Below are positions 39,949 to 49,212 of a DNA stretch of 64,000 bases, piece after piece; the stretch's first letter is position 1, and each line of letters starts with the position of its first letter. The notes under the pieces are model-generated. The model saw nothing but the letters and a program-made list of their open reading frames with translations. It was not told the origin of the DNA and ran no database searches. Source of the DNA: an uncultured Gemmatimonadales bacterium (GTDB lineage: Bacteria; Gemmatimonadota; Gemmatimonadetes; Gemmatimonadales; Gemmatimonadaceae); assembly GCA_963701965.1 (NCBI GenBank), contig OY969695.1, positions 3,168,001 through 3,232,000 on the forward strand. The letters are read 5' to 3'. The position numbers were made by a program, and so were the translations under genes.

Positions 39949-41080
39949 ATGAAAACAATCACTCTGATGTCATTGCTGGTCGCCGGCGTCTGCCAGGCGC
40001 AGGCCGACACGGCCCAACAAACCATGCAGCAGCCGATGATGGCCCGACGGGAGGTGACGGACATTATCGCGGCATACCGCAAGATCGTCTCACCCCACGG
40101 GGTGGAAGAGATGCTCCCGTTGCCGATCAACGGATCGACGCAATGGGTGTCCATCCGCGGCAAGGATGTTCGTAACCCGATCCTGCTCTACTTGCACGGT
40201 GGTCCTGGGTCGCCGACGATGCCCATCGATTGGGCGTTCCAGGGTCCGTGGGAAGACTATTTCACCGTGGTGCAGTGGGACCAGCGCGGCACGGGCAAAA
40301 CGTATGCGGCCAACGACTCGTCGGCGCTCGCCCGGTCAATGACGTTGGAGCAGATGACGAGCGACGCGGAGGCCGTCGCGGCGTATCTGCGGAAGAAGTA
40401 TGGAAAGCCGAAGATCTTCGTGCTGGGCCACTCGTGGGGTACCGTGCTCGGGGTGGCCCTGGCCCAGCGGCACCCCGAGTGGTTCTATGCCTACATCGGT
40501 GTCGGACAAGTCGTCGACAACCAACGCAGCGAGGCGGAGGGGTATCGCTTCGCGCTGGACGAGGCTCGCGCGCACCACAACGCTGACGCCGAGCGCGAGC
40601 TCCTGGCGCTGGCTCCGTACCCTGGCTCCGCGGGCACGATGACGTTCGCGCGCATCGGCACCCAGCGCAAATGGCTCAACTTCTACGGCGGTCTCACGTA
40701 CGGGCGGACGGACTTTTCGTACGACGGCAACGCGTGGACCTTATCGCCGGACTATACCGACAAGGAACTTGCCGCGATCGACGAAGGCGGCGTCTACACG
40801 CTGTCCCATTCTGTTGCCGACCATCCTTGCCATTAACTACGAGCAGGTCACGACGTTCAAGTGCCCGATCTTCCTTTTCGTGGGCCGGCACGACTATGCA
40901 ACGTCTCACACGCTCGCTGCCGAGTGGTTCGGGCGCATCGCAGCGCCGTCGAAAAGGCTGTTCTGGTTCGAGAACTCGGCCCACATGCTGATGCAGGAGG
41001 AGCCTGGCCGCTTTCTGTATCACCTCGTCAGCGACGTGCGGCCGATCGCGGTGCGAACCGGTGATGGCAGTCCGCCATGA
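39949..41080 (+). CDS. Secreted proline-iminopeptidase-like alpha/beta hydrolase (frameshift near 40810)
   Basis: HGGPG, WDQRG, GHSWG; catalytic GRHD and SAH lie in the next frame after an extra T. Confidence 0.85.
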
Positions 41081-41132
41081 TGCCCGTCAGGGTGACCACG
41101 GCCGGGAGGGCGAGCGCCGCACTGGCGTTCAT

Positions 41133-42038
41133 TCAGTAGCGGTCCAGATCGTGCCCGGCGGCGACGCGTCCATGGAACCCCCCGCGGACGATCCCGGCGA
41201 CCAGCGTGCTGTCGGAGGCGCCCCCGAATCGCATGATGTGCGACAGCACCAGCAGCTTGGGATTCGCCTGGGCCGCGAGCGCGCCCAGCTCACTGTCCGA
41301 GGTGTGAAACTCGCGCATGTACCGCGGCCAGTCGCCTCCGCCCGCACGGGTCTCGGGCCGCACTGCGGCCGCGACGTACACCTCGTGCACGAGGACGTCC
41401 GCCCCGCGCGCGGCCTGGGTCAGCGCCGCCGACGGACGGGTGTCGCCGGAGATGACGACGACACGGTCGGGCGTGTCGAACCGATACCCAAAGGCGTAGC
41501 GCCAGCTCCCATGCGAGACCGCGATCGCGGTGACGCGCACGCCGGCGCTATCGTAAACCACGCCGGGCGCGACCTCGTGCACCGCGACCCGGTAGCCGCC
41601 GGGCGTCTCGTGCTCGAGGCCATCCGTCCGGACCTGAATGTCCTCCGCGTACGCCGCGATGAGATGGTCGGTCATGGCGCGCAGTCCCGGCGGCCCATAC
41701 AGCGCCAGCGGCTGCGTGCGTCCCATCACCCACGACGTGAAGATGAGATCGGGAAGCCCAAGCGTATGATCGCTGTGCAGGTGGGTAATGAACGTCGCCT
41801 CGGCGCCGTTGATGGGTAGGCCCGCCGCGGCCAACTGGCGCTCGACACCGGGTCCGGCATCGACGAGAAAGACGCGGCTCCCGACCACGATCGCGGTCGC
41901 CGGTCCGGACGCGGCCGGGTTGGGCCGCGGATAGCCCGTGCCCAACAAGATCACGACGGTGCGGTCCGCCCGCGGCGGCGCGGCGCCCATCGCCAGCAAG
42001 AGGATCGCGGCCGACCACTTGGACCATGCGTGGGTCAT
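41133..42038 (-). CDS. Secreted MBL-fold metallohydrolase (RNase Z/AtsA-like)
   Basis: LLGTG, HLHSDH, SGDT, LVHE, FHT. Confidence 0.9.
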   Translation of the reverse strand: MTHAWSKWSAAILLLAMGAAPPRADRTVVILLGTGYPRPNPAASGPATAIVVGSRVFLVDAGPGVERQLAAAGLPINGAEATFITHLHSDHTLGLPDLIFTSWVMGRTQPLALYGPPGLRAMTDHLIAAYAEDIQVRTDGLEHETPGGYRVAVHEVAPGVVYDSAGVRVTAIAVSHGSWRYAFGYRFDTPDRVVVISGDTRPSAALTQAARGADVLVHEVYVAAAVRPETRAGGGDWPRYMREFHTSDSELGALAAQANPKLLVLSHIMRFGGASDSTLVAGIVRGGFHGRVAAGHDLDRY

Positions 42039-42049
42039 GCGTCAATATG

Positions 42050-42410
42050 CTAGTCTGACGTTGGCCCCAGCACCGTCTCCACGGTCACTTCGACGACCGG
42101 GCCCTCGGCGCCCAGTTGCACGATATCGCCGGCGCAGAGATCGGCCGCGCCGTCGATCCGGGAGCCGTTAAGAAACGTCCCGTTGCGGCTGGCGAGATCC
42201 ACCAGCACGAACCCGCCGGCGTTCCCATCGCGCGGCACGATGCGGGCATGGTGCCGCCCGACCGTGACATCGCGCCGCGAGTCGAACCGCACGGCGGCCG
42301 ATGGCGCGCGGCCGAGGATCAGCTCGCGGTGCGCGCCGAGCGGCACCACGTCCACTTCGGTCGCCCGGGCACCACGGATGTGTCGAAAGAATGAGTTGGA
42401 CCACGCGCAT
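42050..42410 (-). CDS. FHA-domain protein (probable frameshift near 42387; alternative in-frame ATG at 42418)
   Basis: ILGR...VGRHHARI...DLASRNGTFLNG. Confidence 0.85.
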
Positions 42411-42447
42411 ATCCCCATGCGATAGCGGAATACGCGCGGGCGGCGGC

Positions 42448-44907
42448 TCACGACGGCGGGGCGGCCAACCGTGCGCGCTGCAACGTCGCTTGGGTGGGGC
42501 GGCCCCACGCCTGGTAGAGTCCGGCGAGACGTTTGACGTTGGCTTGCGTCCGGGGATGGGCGAGCCCGAGCCGGCTCACAAAGATGGTATCGGCGGCGAG
42601 CGCAAGCCGCTCGGCCTTGGCGTACTGATGGACGAGGACATCGTGGTCGGCGAGCACGCCTTCCGAGCTGGCGACGAGCCAACTGTCGGCCGGCAGGTAC
42701 CGGCGCCGGAGCGCCAGACTCTCCTCCAGTGCCTTTCGACCGCCCGTCGTATCAGACAGGTGATCGAGGCACCTGCCGAGCGTCTGCAGCGACGTGGCGA
42801 TCGACGGGTGGCTCTCCGGCAGCGTTTTGCCGCGAAGCGCCAGCACCTGGCGGCTCAAATCGGCGGCCTGCTGATATCGTCCTTGCTCGAGAGTAAACAT
42901 TGCGTAGTTGAACACCGTCCACGTGTACTGCGGGTGCTCGGGGCCGAGCAGTTTGCGCCGGAGCGCCAACACATTGAGATAGGCGCTCTCCGCCGCGACG
43001 TTCTTCCCTTGGATGTCGAGCGCTGTCGCCAGCGCGTCCTTGGCGTCGGCGACCTGCGTGTTCGGGTCGGGATGGTTGGCTTGGAGTATGGCGAGGGCGC
43101 TGCGGTGGAGGGACTCCGCGGCGACCCAGCGATTTTGCTCGCCCAGTGCGACCGCGACGTCGCCCATGGTGAGCGCGACCTGGTCGGCGTGGTCGCCCAG
43201 CTGCTGGCGAAAGATGGCGAGCGCCTGGCGGTGGAGCGCTTCGGCCTCCGGGATGCGGCCTTTGCCGTGGGCCACGCTGCCCGACGCGTCCAAGAGCAGC
43301 GCGAGCAGCGTATCCGGCTTGGCCGACAGCGAGCGCCGCAAGGCGATCGCCTGTTGGATGACGGTATCGGCGCGGTCGAAGTCGTTGGCATCGACGTACG
43401 CGTCGCCGAGGTGCCGCAGGGCGGCGACTGTCGCGATGCTGCGTGGGCCATCGATTTGCCGGTGTTCGCCCAAGGCCGATCGGAACTCGCGCGCCGCATC
43501 GTCATAGCGGCCGAGCGAGAGGTAGCTCTCGCCGATGACGGTCTCCAAGTCCGAGCGCACGTCCGGCTGGGCGCCGAGCTCCGTCTCGATGCGCCGCGCC
43601 GCGGAGTCGAGCACCTCGGACACGGGCACGTCCCGTCCACCCATGGCCGGGCGGACGGAGCTCAAGAGCGTGCGGAGGAAGCTGTTGACGCGTTCCGTTC
43701 GGACTTGCGCGGCGCGGGCGCGCCGCGCTTGCACCGCGGTCGTGACCGCCCCGCCCACCAGGGCGGCCAGTAACAGGATCGATGCGGCCACCATGCCGCG
43801 GTTCCGCTGCACGAATTTGCGCAGCCGATATCCGGCCCAATCGCGTTCGGCGTCGACGGGCAGTCCGTTCAGTTGGCGCCGGAGATCTTCGGCGAGCGCG
43901 GCCACCGAGGCGTAGCGGCGTTCCGGCTCGGAGCGGAGCGCCATCAAGATGATGTTGTCCAACTCGCCCCTGAGGCGTCGCCGGCGACGCGGGTCGGCCG
44001 ACACGACGGCACTGGGTCGGGGGACGGGGTCGTGCAGCACGGCCCGCATGACGTCGACGGGGGTCCCGATCGTGGACACGTGCGGCCGGCGGCCGGTGCA
44101 TAGCTCGAAGAGGACGACGCCGAGCGAGTAGACGTCGGACGCCGTGGTGAGCGGCTGGCCGCGAATCTGTTCGGGGCTGGCGTACTCCGGTGTGAACGGG
44201 CGGGCGCCCCCGTGGGTTAGCGGCATCGCGTCGTCTGTCCCTAAGAGTTTGGCGATGCCGAAATCGAGCAGCTTGGCCGTGCCGTCCGCGGTGATGAGAA
44301 TGTTGCCCGGCTTGATGTCGCCGTGGACGATCAGACTTTGGTGCGCATACTGGACGGCGGCGCACACCTGGCGGAACAGCACGATCCGGTCGCGGACGGA
44401 GAGGCCCCGCGCATCGCACCACGTGGTCAGCGGCTCGCCCTCGACGTACTCCATGACCAGAAAGGGGCGGCCATCCGGTGTGACGCCGCCGTCGAGGAGC
44501 GTCGCGATGTTGCGATGTTCGAGCGAGGCGAGGATCTGTCGTTCGCGGCGGAACCGGGCCACGGTCAACGCCGAGTCCAGTCCGCCCGGGACGAGCTTGA
44601 TGGCGACGCGCTTCCGGTACTGATCGTCGGCGCGGATGGCTTCGTAGACCGCGCCCATGCCGCCGCGCCCGATCAGTCGCACGATGTCGTAGGCCCCGAG
44701 TCGGGAGCCGACCAGGCGCTCCGACGTCGGCTCCGGCGACGCATCCGCGTGCTCCGCCGACGTGATCATCTCCCGCACGGCGTCGCGGAGCCCCGTGTCG
44801 CCGATCGTGGCCTGGGCCAGGTAGGCATCGCGCTCCGCCGCCGGCCGGTCCATGACCGCGTCGAACAGCGCGCGCAGGTCGCGAAGGTAGGCGGGACCGT
44901 CGGTCAT
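42448..44907 (-). CDS. Membrane Ser/Thr protein kinase with TPR repeats
   Basis: GRGGMGAVY, VAIK, HGDIKPGN, DFG, YASPE, TM segment, TPRs; ATGA-coupled to the sigma gene. Confidence 0.95.
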   Translation of the reverse strand: MTDGPAYLRDLRALFDAVMDRPAAERDAYLAQATIGDTGLRDAVREMITSAEHADASPEPTSERLVGSRLGAYDIVRLIGRGGMGAVYEAIRADDQYRKRVAIKLVPGGLDSALTVARFRRERQILASLEHRNIATLLDGGVTPDGRPFLVMEYVEGEPLTTWCDARGLSVRDRIVLFRQVCAAVQYAHQSLIVHGDIKPGNILITADGTAKLLDFGIAKLLGTDDAMPLTHGGARPFTPEYASPEQIRGQPLTTASDVYSLGVVLFELCTGRRPHVSTIGTPVDVMRAVLHDPVPRPSAVVSADPRRRRRLRGELDNIILMALRSEPERRYASVAALAEDLRRQLNGLPVDAERDWAGYRLRKFVQRNRGMVAASILLLAALVGGAVTTAVQARRARAAQVRTERVNSFLRTLLSSVRPAMGGRDVPVSEVLDSAARRIETELGAQPDVRSDLETVIGESYLSLGRYDDAAREFRSALGEHRQIDGPRSIATVAALRHLGDAYVDANDFDRADTVIQQAIALRRSLSAKPDTLLALLLDASGSVAHGKGRIPEAEALHRQALAIFRQQLGDHADQVALTMGDVAVALGEQNRWVAAESLHRSALAILQANHPDPNTQVADAKDALATALDIQGKNVAAESAYLNVLALRRKLLGPEHPQYTWTVFNYAMFTLEQGRYQQAADLSRQVLALRGKTLPESHPSIATSLQTLGRCLDHLSDTTGGRKALEESLALRRRYLPADSWLVASSEGVLADHDVLVHQYAKAERLALAADTIFVSRLGLAHPRTQANVKRLAGLYQAWGRPTQATLQRARLAAPPS

Positions 44908-45476
44908 GGCGTGCCCAGCTCGCGGGCGAGCCAGGCGCGGGCGAATTGCCAGTCGCGCTTGACGGTCGCGACCGACACCGCGAGCGCCGCGGCGATATCG
45001 GGGACGTCCAGGCCGCCGAAGAATTTGAGCTCGACGACCTGGGCCCACCGCGGCTCGGCGGCGGCGAGCCGGGCGAGCGCGTCGTCGAGCGCGATCATGT
45101 CGAGGACGGGCGTGTCGCGACCGACGATGGTCTCTTCGAGCGTGACCTGAAGGGCGCCGCCGCGTTTCTGGGCATTGCGCGCGCGGGCGTGATCGACGAG
45201 CACTTGTCGCATGGCGCGCGAGGCGGCGCGCAGGAAGTGCACGCGACTGGTCGCCGAAAGGGCGGTGGTCCCGATCAGGCGCAGGTAGATCTCGTGGACC
45301 AGAGCCGTCGGCTGCAGCGTGTGGCCCGGCCGCTCCCGGCGCATATGCCGGTCGGCGATCGCGTGGAGCTCGGCGTAGATAATGGGCAGCAACTGCTCCA
45401 ACGCGGCCGGATCGCCGTAGCGCGCGTCGCCGAGCAACCGGCCTACCGTGTCGACGGTTGTCGGGTCCGCATTCAC
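44904..45476 (-). CDS. ECF sigma factor of the kinase-associated type
   Basis: HTLQPTALVHE, AMRQVLVDHAR, KRGG, TVKRDWQFARAWL. Confidence 0.93.
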   Translation of the reverse strand: MNADPTTVDTVGRLLGDARYGDPAALEQLLPIIYAELHAIADRHMRRERPGHTLQPTALVHEIYLRLIGTTALSATSRVHFLRAASRAMRQVLVDHARARNAQKRGGALQVTLEETIVGRDTPVLDMIALDDALARLAAAEPRWAQVVELKFFGGLDVPDIAAALAVSVATVKRDWQFARAWLARELGTP

Positions 45477-45650
45477 GGGTGCGATGGTAGGACTTCGGGC
45501 GGTCGCCGTCAACGGTCACCTGTTTCGTGACGCTGATACGCAAGTGCTGATACGCCTGGGCGACTGAGCCACTGGGGCTCACGCAGCTATCCCGCAGCTC
45601 GTACAATTGTCGTCGCGATTTCAGCTAACCCACCGCGACTCGGAACCGGG

Positions 45651-47618
45651 ATGCGTATCGGACTGTTTGCCGTGGCGGGCGCCGCCACACTAGCGTGCAG
45701 CGCAGGCACGGGCCCGTCGTCCGGCACCGTAAGTGGCACGGTCACGAGCAGCCGGGGGGGCGGGCTGACGGGGCTGAAGGTCACCGTCACGCCGTCGGAC
45801 GGGGTCCCGGCCGCTACCGTGACGACGAGCGCCGGGGGGGCGTACAGTGTCACTGGCGTACCCGCCAGGGCGGGAGAAGTCGTGGTGACGGGCCAATCCA
45901 ATTTGTGTTCCGCGCCCCCGCCGGCGCAGTACACACTGAAGGGAGGCGGGAGGGCGATCGCGAACGTGACGGTTCCATGCACTGAGCCGGTCGGCACGGT
46001 TGCCGGCGCCGTCACCAACACCCTCAATTTCCCGCTCCCGATCGTCGGCGCCACCGTTATCGTGACGCCGAGCGGGCAGCGCGCGTTGCGGGTGACCACC
46101 AATTCGGGCGGCGGTTTTCGGCTCGATAGCGTCCCAATCCCAACCATCAACGCGACGGCGGGCACCGGCAGCGGCACTGTTACCGTGGGGGCGCCCCTGC
46201 CCGCCGGTTGTGCCTCGCCGGCAACGCCCACGACATATTCTGGGCTCAAACCGGACAGCGCCGTGGGCGTCTCGATCGTGCTACAGTGCCTCGGCGGTAC
46301 GCTCACACTGGCCGTTACCGGGGTTCCGATTGGCGGCGGCGTCTTGAACGGTCCCGATGGAAGCCCGATCGTGATCGCTGAATTTGGCTCGCGCACGTTG
46401 ACGTCGGTCCAACCCGGCTCGTACCTCTTGGGCGTTCCCAACTTTCACTTCGCGTTTGACTCGATCCTCGGCGTCTCTGCCACCGCCGTGGTCACGGGGA
46501 ACCCCGCCATCGTCACGCCTGGTCACTCGTCCACGATCGCCCTCGACTGGGTCGAACGTCCGGGTACCGGGCAGCTGTGGCTCACGTCGCCCAGTGGCGC
46601 GAAGGCCTACACGCCAACCGAGATCGCCCAATCGGGCACGGGGTCAGGCCGAGCGATTCCCGTCGCCGGCGGGGCCGGCGCCGTTGCATTCGACACCGTA
46701 GGAAATCTCTGGCTCACCAGCGGCTCGAGCGTCCTCGAATTCGCGGCGGCGACCTTACCCCTGCGCACCGGTGTGTTCTCGCCGCCGTCCACTCCTACGC
46801 GCGCCCTGACGTTGCCCGGCGCATCCGCCGCGGCGACGGGCGTGGCCTTCGACGAACAGGGCAACCTCTGGGTCGCTGACGTGGGACTCTCCCGCCTCGT
46901 CGAGTATGCGGCATCCGATCTCGCGACGTCGGGCACCATCGCGCCGCGCGTGATCATCGCGAGCACTGGGCCGCCAGCCACCGGCCCACGCTTGCTGGCG
47001 CCATTCCGGCTCGCATTCGACCACGGCAACCTCTGGGTCGCCGACACGCTGGCCCACTGCGTCCTGATGTACACCGCCGCGCAACTCGGGGCGAGCGGCG
47101 CCCCGACTCCGTCCGCCTTGTCGACGACAGCCGCTCTGCCAGGCGGCGGACCCTACGCCGTTGCGTTCGACATCTCCGACTTCCTGTACGCTGGCGGGAT
47201 GTCGGCCGAAGGGCCGCCTGGGGAAGATTCGGCCTTGGTCGCCGTGTATGCGCAGGGTGGGAGCACGCCGCTATTCATGCTGCGGATGCCCGGAGCCACG
47301 TTTCCGCCCGGCACCCGCCCCGCCAGCGTTCCGGTGCGCGACATCGTCATGGACGAAAGCTTCGGTGTCTGGATTCTCGCCAACAACCATCTCGCCTACT
47401 TCACGAACGCAGCGAGCCACCTCGGGGGCGGCCCCACCATCGTCGCGGCTGTGAACGGAGAGACCGGGCTCGCCTTCGATGTCGCGCCCCCTGGACTTCC
47501 GCTGTTCGGCAGCGCCGCGCGCGTGACTGGCCGGCAGGGTCCCGTGTCGATCCGCGCGAAGCGGTCATCGCAACGGCAGTCGCGATCAACGGAGATCGAA
47601 GGCGAGCGCCGGCGTTGA
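45651..47618 (+). CDS. Lipoprotein with Ig-like domains and NHL-like beta-propeller
   Basis: TLAC lipobox; AFDxxGNLW repeats; paralogous to 14125-15700. Confidence 0.8.
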   Translation: MRIGLFAVAGAATLACSAGTGPSSGTVSGTVTSSRGGGLTGLKVTVTPSDGVPAATVTTSAGGAYSVTGVPARAGEVVVTGQSNLCSAPPPAQYTLKGGGRAIANVTVPCTEPVGTVAGAVTNTLNFPLPIVGATVIVTPSGQRALRVTTNSGGGFRLDSVPIPTINATAGTGSGTVTVGAPLPAGCASPATPTTYSGLKPDSAVGVSIVLQCLGGTLTLAVTGVPIGGGVLNGPDGSPIVIAEFGSRTLTSVQPGSYLLGVPNFHFAFDSILGVSATAVVTGNPAIVTPGHSSTIALDWVERPGTGQLWLTSPSGAKAYTPTEIAQSGTGSGRAIPVAGGAGAVAFDTVGNLWLTSGSSVLEFAAATLPLRTGVFSPPSTPTRALTLPGASAAATGVAFDEQGNLWVADVGLSRLVEYAASDLATSGTIAPRVIIASTGPPATGPRLLAPFRLAFDHGNLWVADTLAHCVLMYTAAQLGASGAPTPSALSTTAALPGGGPYAVAFDISDFLYAGGMSAEGPPGEDSALVAVYAQGGSTPLFMLRMPGATFPPGTRPASVPVRDIVMDESFGVWILANNHLAYFTNAASHLGGGPTIVAAVNGETGLAFDVAPPGLPLFGSAARVTGRQGPVSIRAKRSSQRQSRSTEIEGERRR

Positions 47619-47670
47619 CGCCCGGGGTGATTGGCGTGCACGCCGCTGCCGAGAAGCGTGTGCCTGTGCA

Positions 47671-48390
47671 TTACGGGACGGACATGCTTTCGGCCACGAC
47701 CCACGCACCCGCCGTGATCGCGGCGGAGATGACCAACTCCGTCCACACGGACAGATCCGCATGCGGGCCCACGATGGCCGGAACCCACACGAGAATCGTG
47801 AACGTCCCCAACATCACCGCTTCCAGCCTCGCTGCCAAACGCGGATAGATCGAGAACAAGACACCGACGCCGGCGGCGATGTGGGCGGCGCCGGTCAGAG
47901 CGGCCCACCCCTTGGGGAACGGCAGCCACGTCGGCACCAAGGACGCCGTGTTGGCGAGATACGCAAAGTGCGACAGCCCGAAAGCGACCAGAGCGAGGCC
48001 AAAGAGCATCCGGGCTATACGCAAGCCCCTCACGCCAGTCGCGAAAAGGACCCACGCTCCGGCGACGAGCACGGCCAGCTCACCGGCGTTCTCCCAATTG
48101 ACGACGGTGAGCGGGTCCGTCGCCAACGTCGGGACCCGCAGCAGGAGCCAGATGGCGAGGTAGGCGAGCAGGATGCGCGTCGAGATCGCGGCCGTAGGTC
48201 GGAACAGGAGACCGGCACCGCCTCCCAGCAGGATGATGCCCGAAGCGTAGGCGCACCCTCGCGGCCACGGGACCCATGCCGGGACTGAATACCACGCCAC
48301 GCCTAGATTCCCGTAGACGAGAGCGAGGATGCCGAGACCCATGATCCCCAGCGCGAAGAGCATCCGGGCGAGCTGCTGGTTTCGGGTCAT
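47671..48390 (-). CDS. DoxX-like membrane protein
   Basis: Internal two-fold repeat ARMLFxL; FGLSHF...VPTWLP...TGAAHIAAG. Confidence 0.75.
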   Translation of the reverse strand: MTRNQQLARMLFALGIMGLGILALVYGNLGVAWYSVPAWVPWPRGCAYASGIILLGGGAGLLFRPTAAISTRILLAYLAIWLLLRVPTLATDPLTVVNWENAGELAVLVAGAWVLFATGVRGLRIARMLFGLALVAFGLSHFAYLANTASLVPTWLPFPKGWAALTGAAHIAAGVGVLFSIYPRLAARLEAVMLGTFTILVWVPAIVGPHADLSVWTELVISAAITAGAWVVAESMSVP

Positions 48391-48462
48391 GCGCTAAGCT
48401 ACGCGACCCATAGATGATATTTGGTCTGACTACCAGCATGCTGCTTGGTACGGCGCGTCGCC

Positions 48463-49149
48463 TCAGCGCAGCTCCACGTCGACCGTGATGTCGAGCGCTC
48501 TCCGGAATCCGCGCCGACCCTGAGACGTGACGGAGAGCGCGCGGTTTGCCTTCGACCGTTCGAGCCAGCCGGCCTCGATCCATCGCGTCGCCAGCGCCGC
48601 GCCGAGGGCGCCAGCCAAGTGGTGTCGCCGCTCGCTCCAATCGAGGCAGGGGCGCGCCATGGCTCGTCGCGAGCGACCCGCGACCGTCGCGACCTCGACG
48701 CCCAATTCGGCGAACGTGCGGGTGCCGGCGAGTGTCACCGTAAACGCGTCACCGGCCAGCATGAGGGCACCGCGCGCGATGAGCACATCGGTCACGCGGA
48801 CGCCGAGCGCGCCAGCCAAGTGGTCGTAGCAGGTGCGCGCGAGGCGGAGGGCTGAGGGCATCTGGAGATCCGGCGGCACGGCCGGCGGGACAGCGGCCAG
48901 TGCCTCCAAAGCCGCCACTACCGCCGGGTTTGCCAACCGGTAGTATCGAAGCCGGCCGCGGCGTTCGACGGCGAGGAGGCCGGCGGCGACGAGCTTCGTC
49001 AAATGTGCCGTCGCCGCGCTCGGGCTCACGTGGCCGGTTTCGGCCAGGACACCTGCCGGCAGGTGCCGGCCGTCGCTGACCGCCCACAGCATGGCCACGC
49101 GGGCGCGGTCGGCGAGCAGCCCGGCGATTGGTGCGATGTCCAGGTCCAT
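48463..49149 (-). CDS. ArsR-family regulator with C-terminal ARTCYDHLAG domain
   Basis: wHTH; ARTCYDHLAG and CLDWSERRHHLAG motifs. Confidence 0.9.
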   Translation of the reverse strand: MDLDIAPIAGLLADRARVAMLWAVSDGRHLPAGVLAETGHVSPSAATAHLTKLVAAGLLAVERRGRLRYYRLANPAVVAALEALAAVPPAVPPDLQMPSALRLARTCYDHLAGALGVRVTDVLIARGALMLAGDAFTVTLAGTRTFAELGVEVATVAGRSRRAMARPCLDWSERRHHLAGALGAALATRWIEAGWLERSKANRALSVTSQGRRGFRRALDITVDVELR

Positions 49150-49162
49150 GCCTGGAACGTAA

Positions 49163-49200
49163 CGCCGCGGCATTTCAACGAAGAGTGAAATGACGCGGCG
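49163..49200. promoter_or_regulatory. Palindromic operator between ArsR and the hydrolase fusion gene
   Basis: CGCCGCGGCATTTCA-N8-TGAAATGACGCGGCG; 14/15 arm match. Confidence 0.65.
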
Positions 49201-49212
49201 ATAGGATCCGCG

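Noticed and set aside
42448..45606. 1052-aa ORF suggesting a sigma-kinase fusion
   Set aside because: The N-terminal extension is off-frame read-through over the ECF gene. The kinase starts at 44907 with an ATGA overlap.
22032..48432. TTTGGTCTGACT shared between the phosphodiesterase and DoxX upstream regions
   Set aside because: A single 12-bp match, and only the DoxX copy forms TGGT-N6-ACCA. Could be chance.
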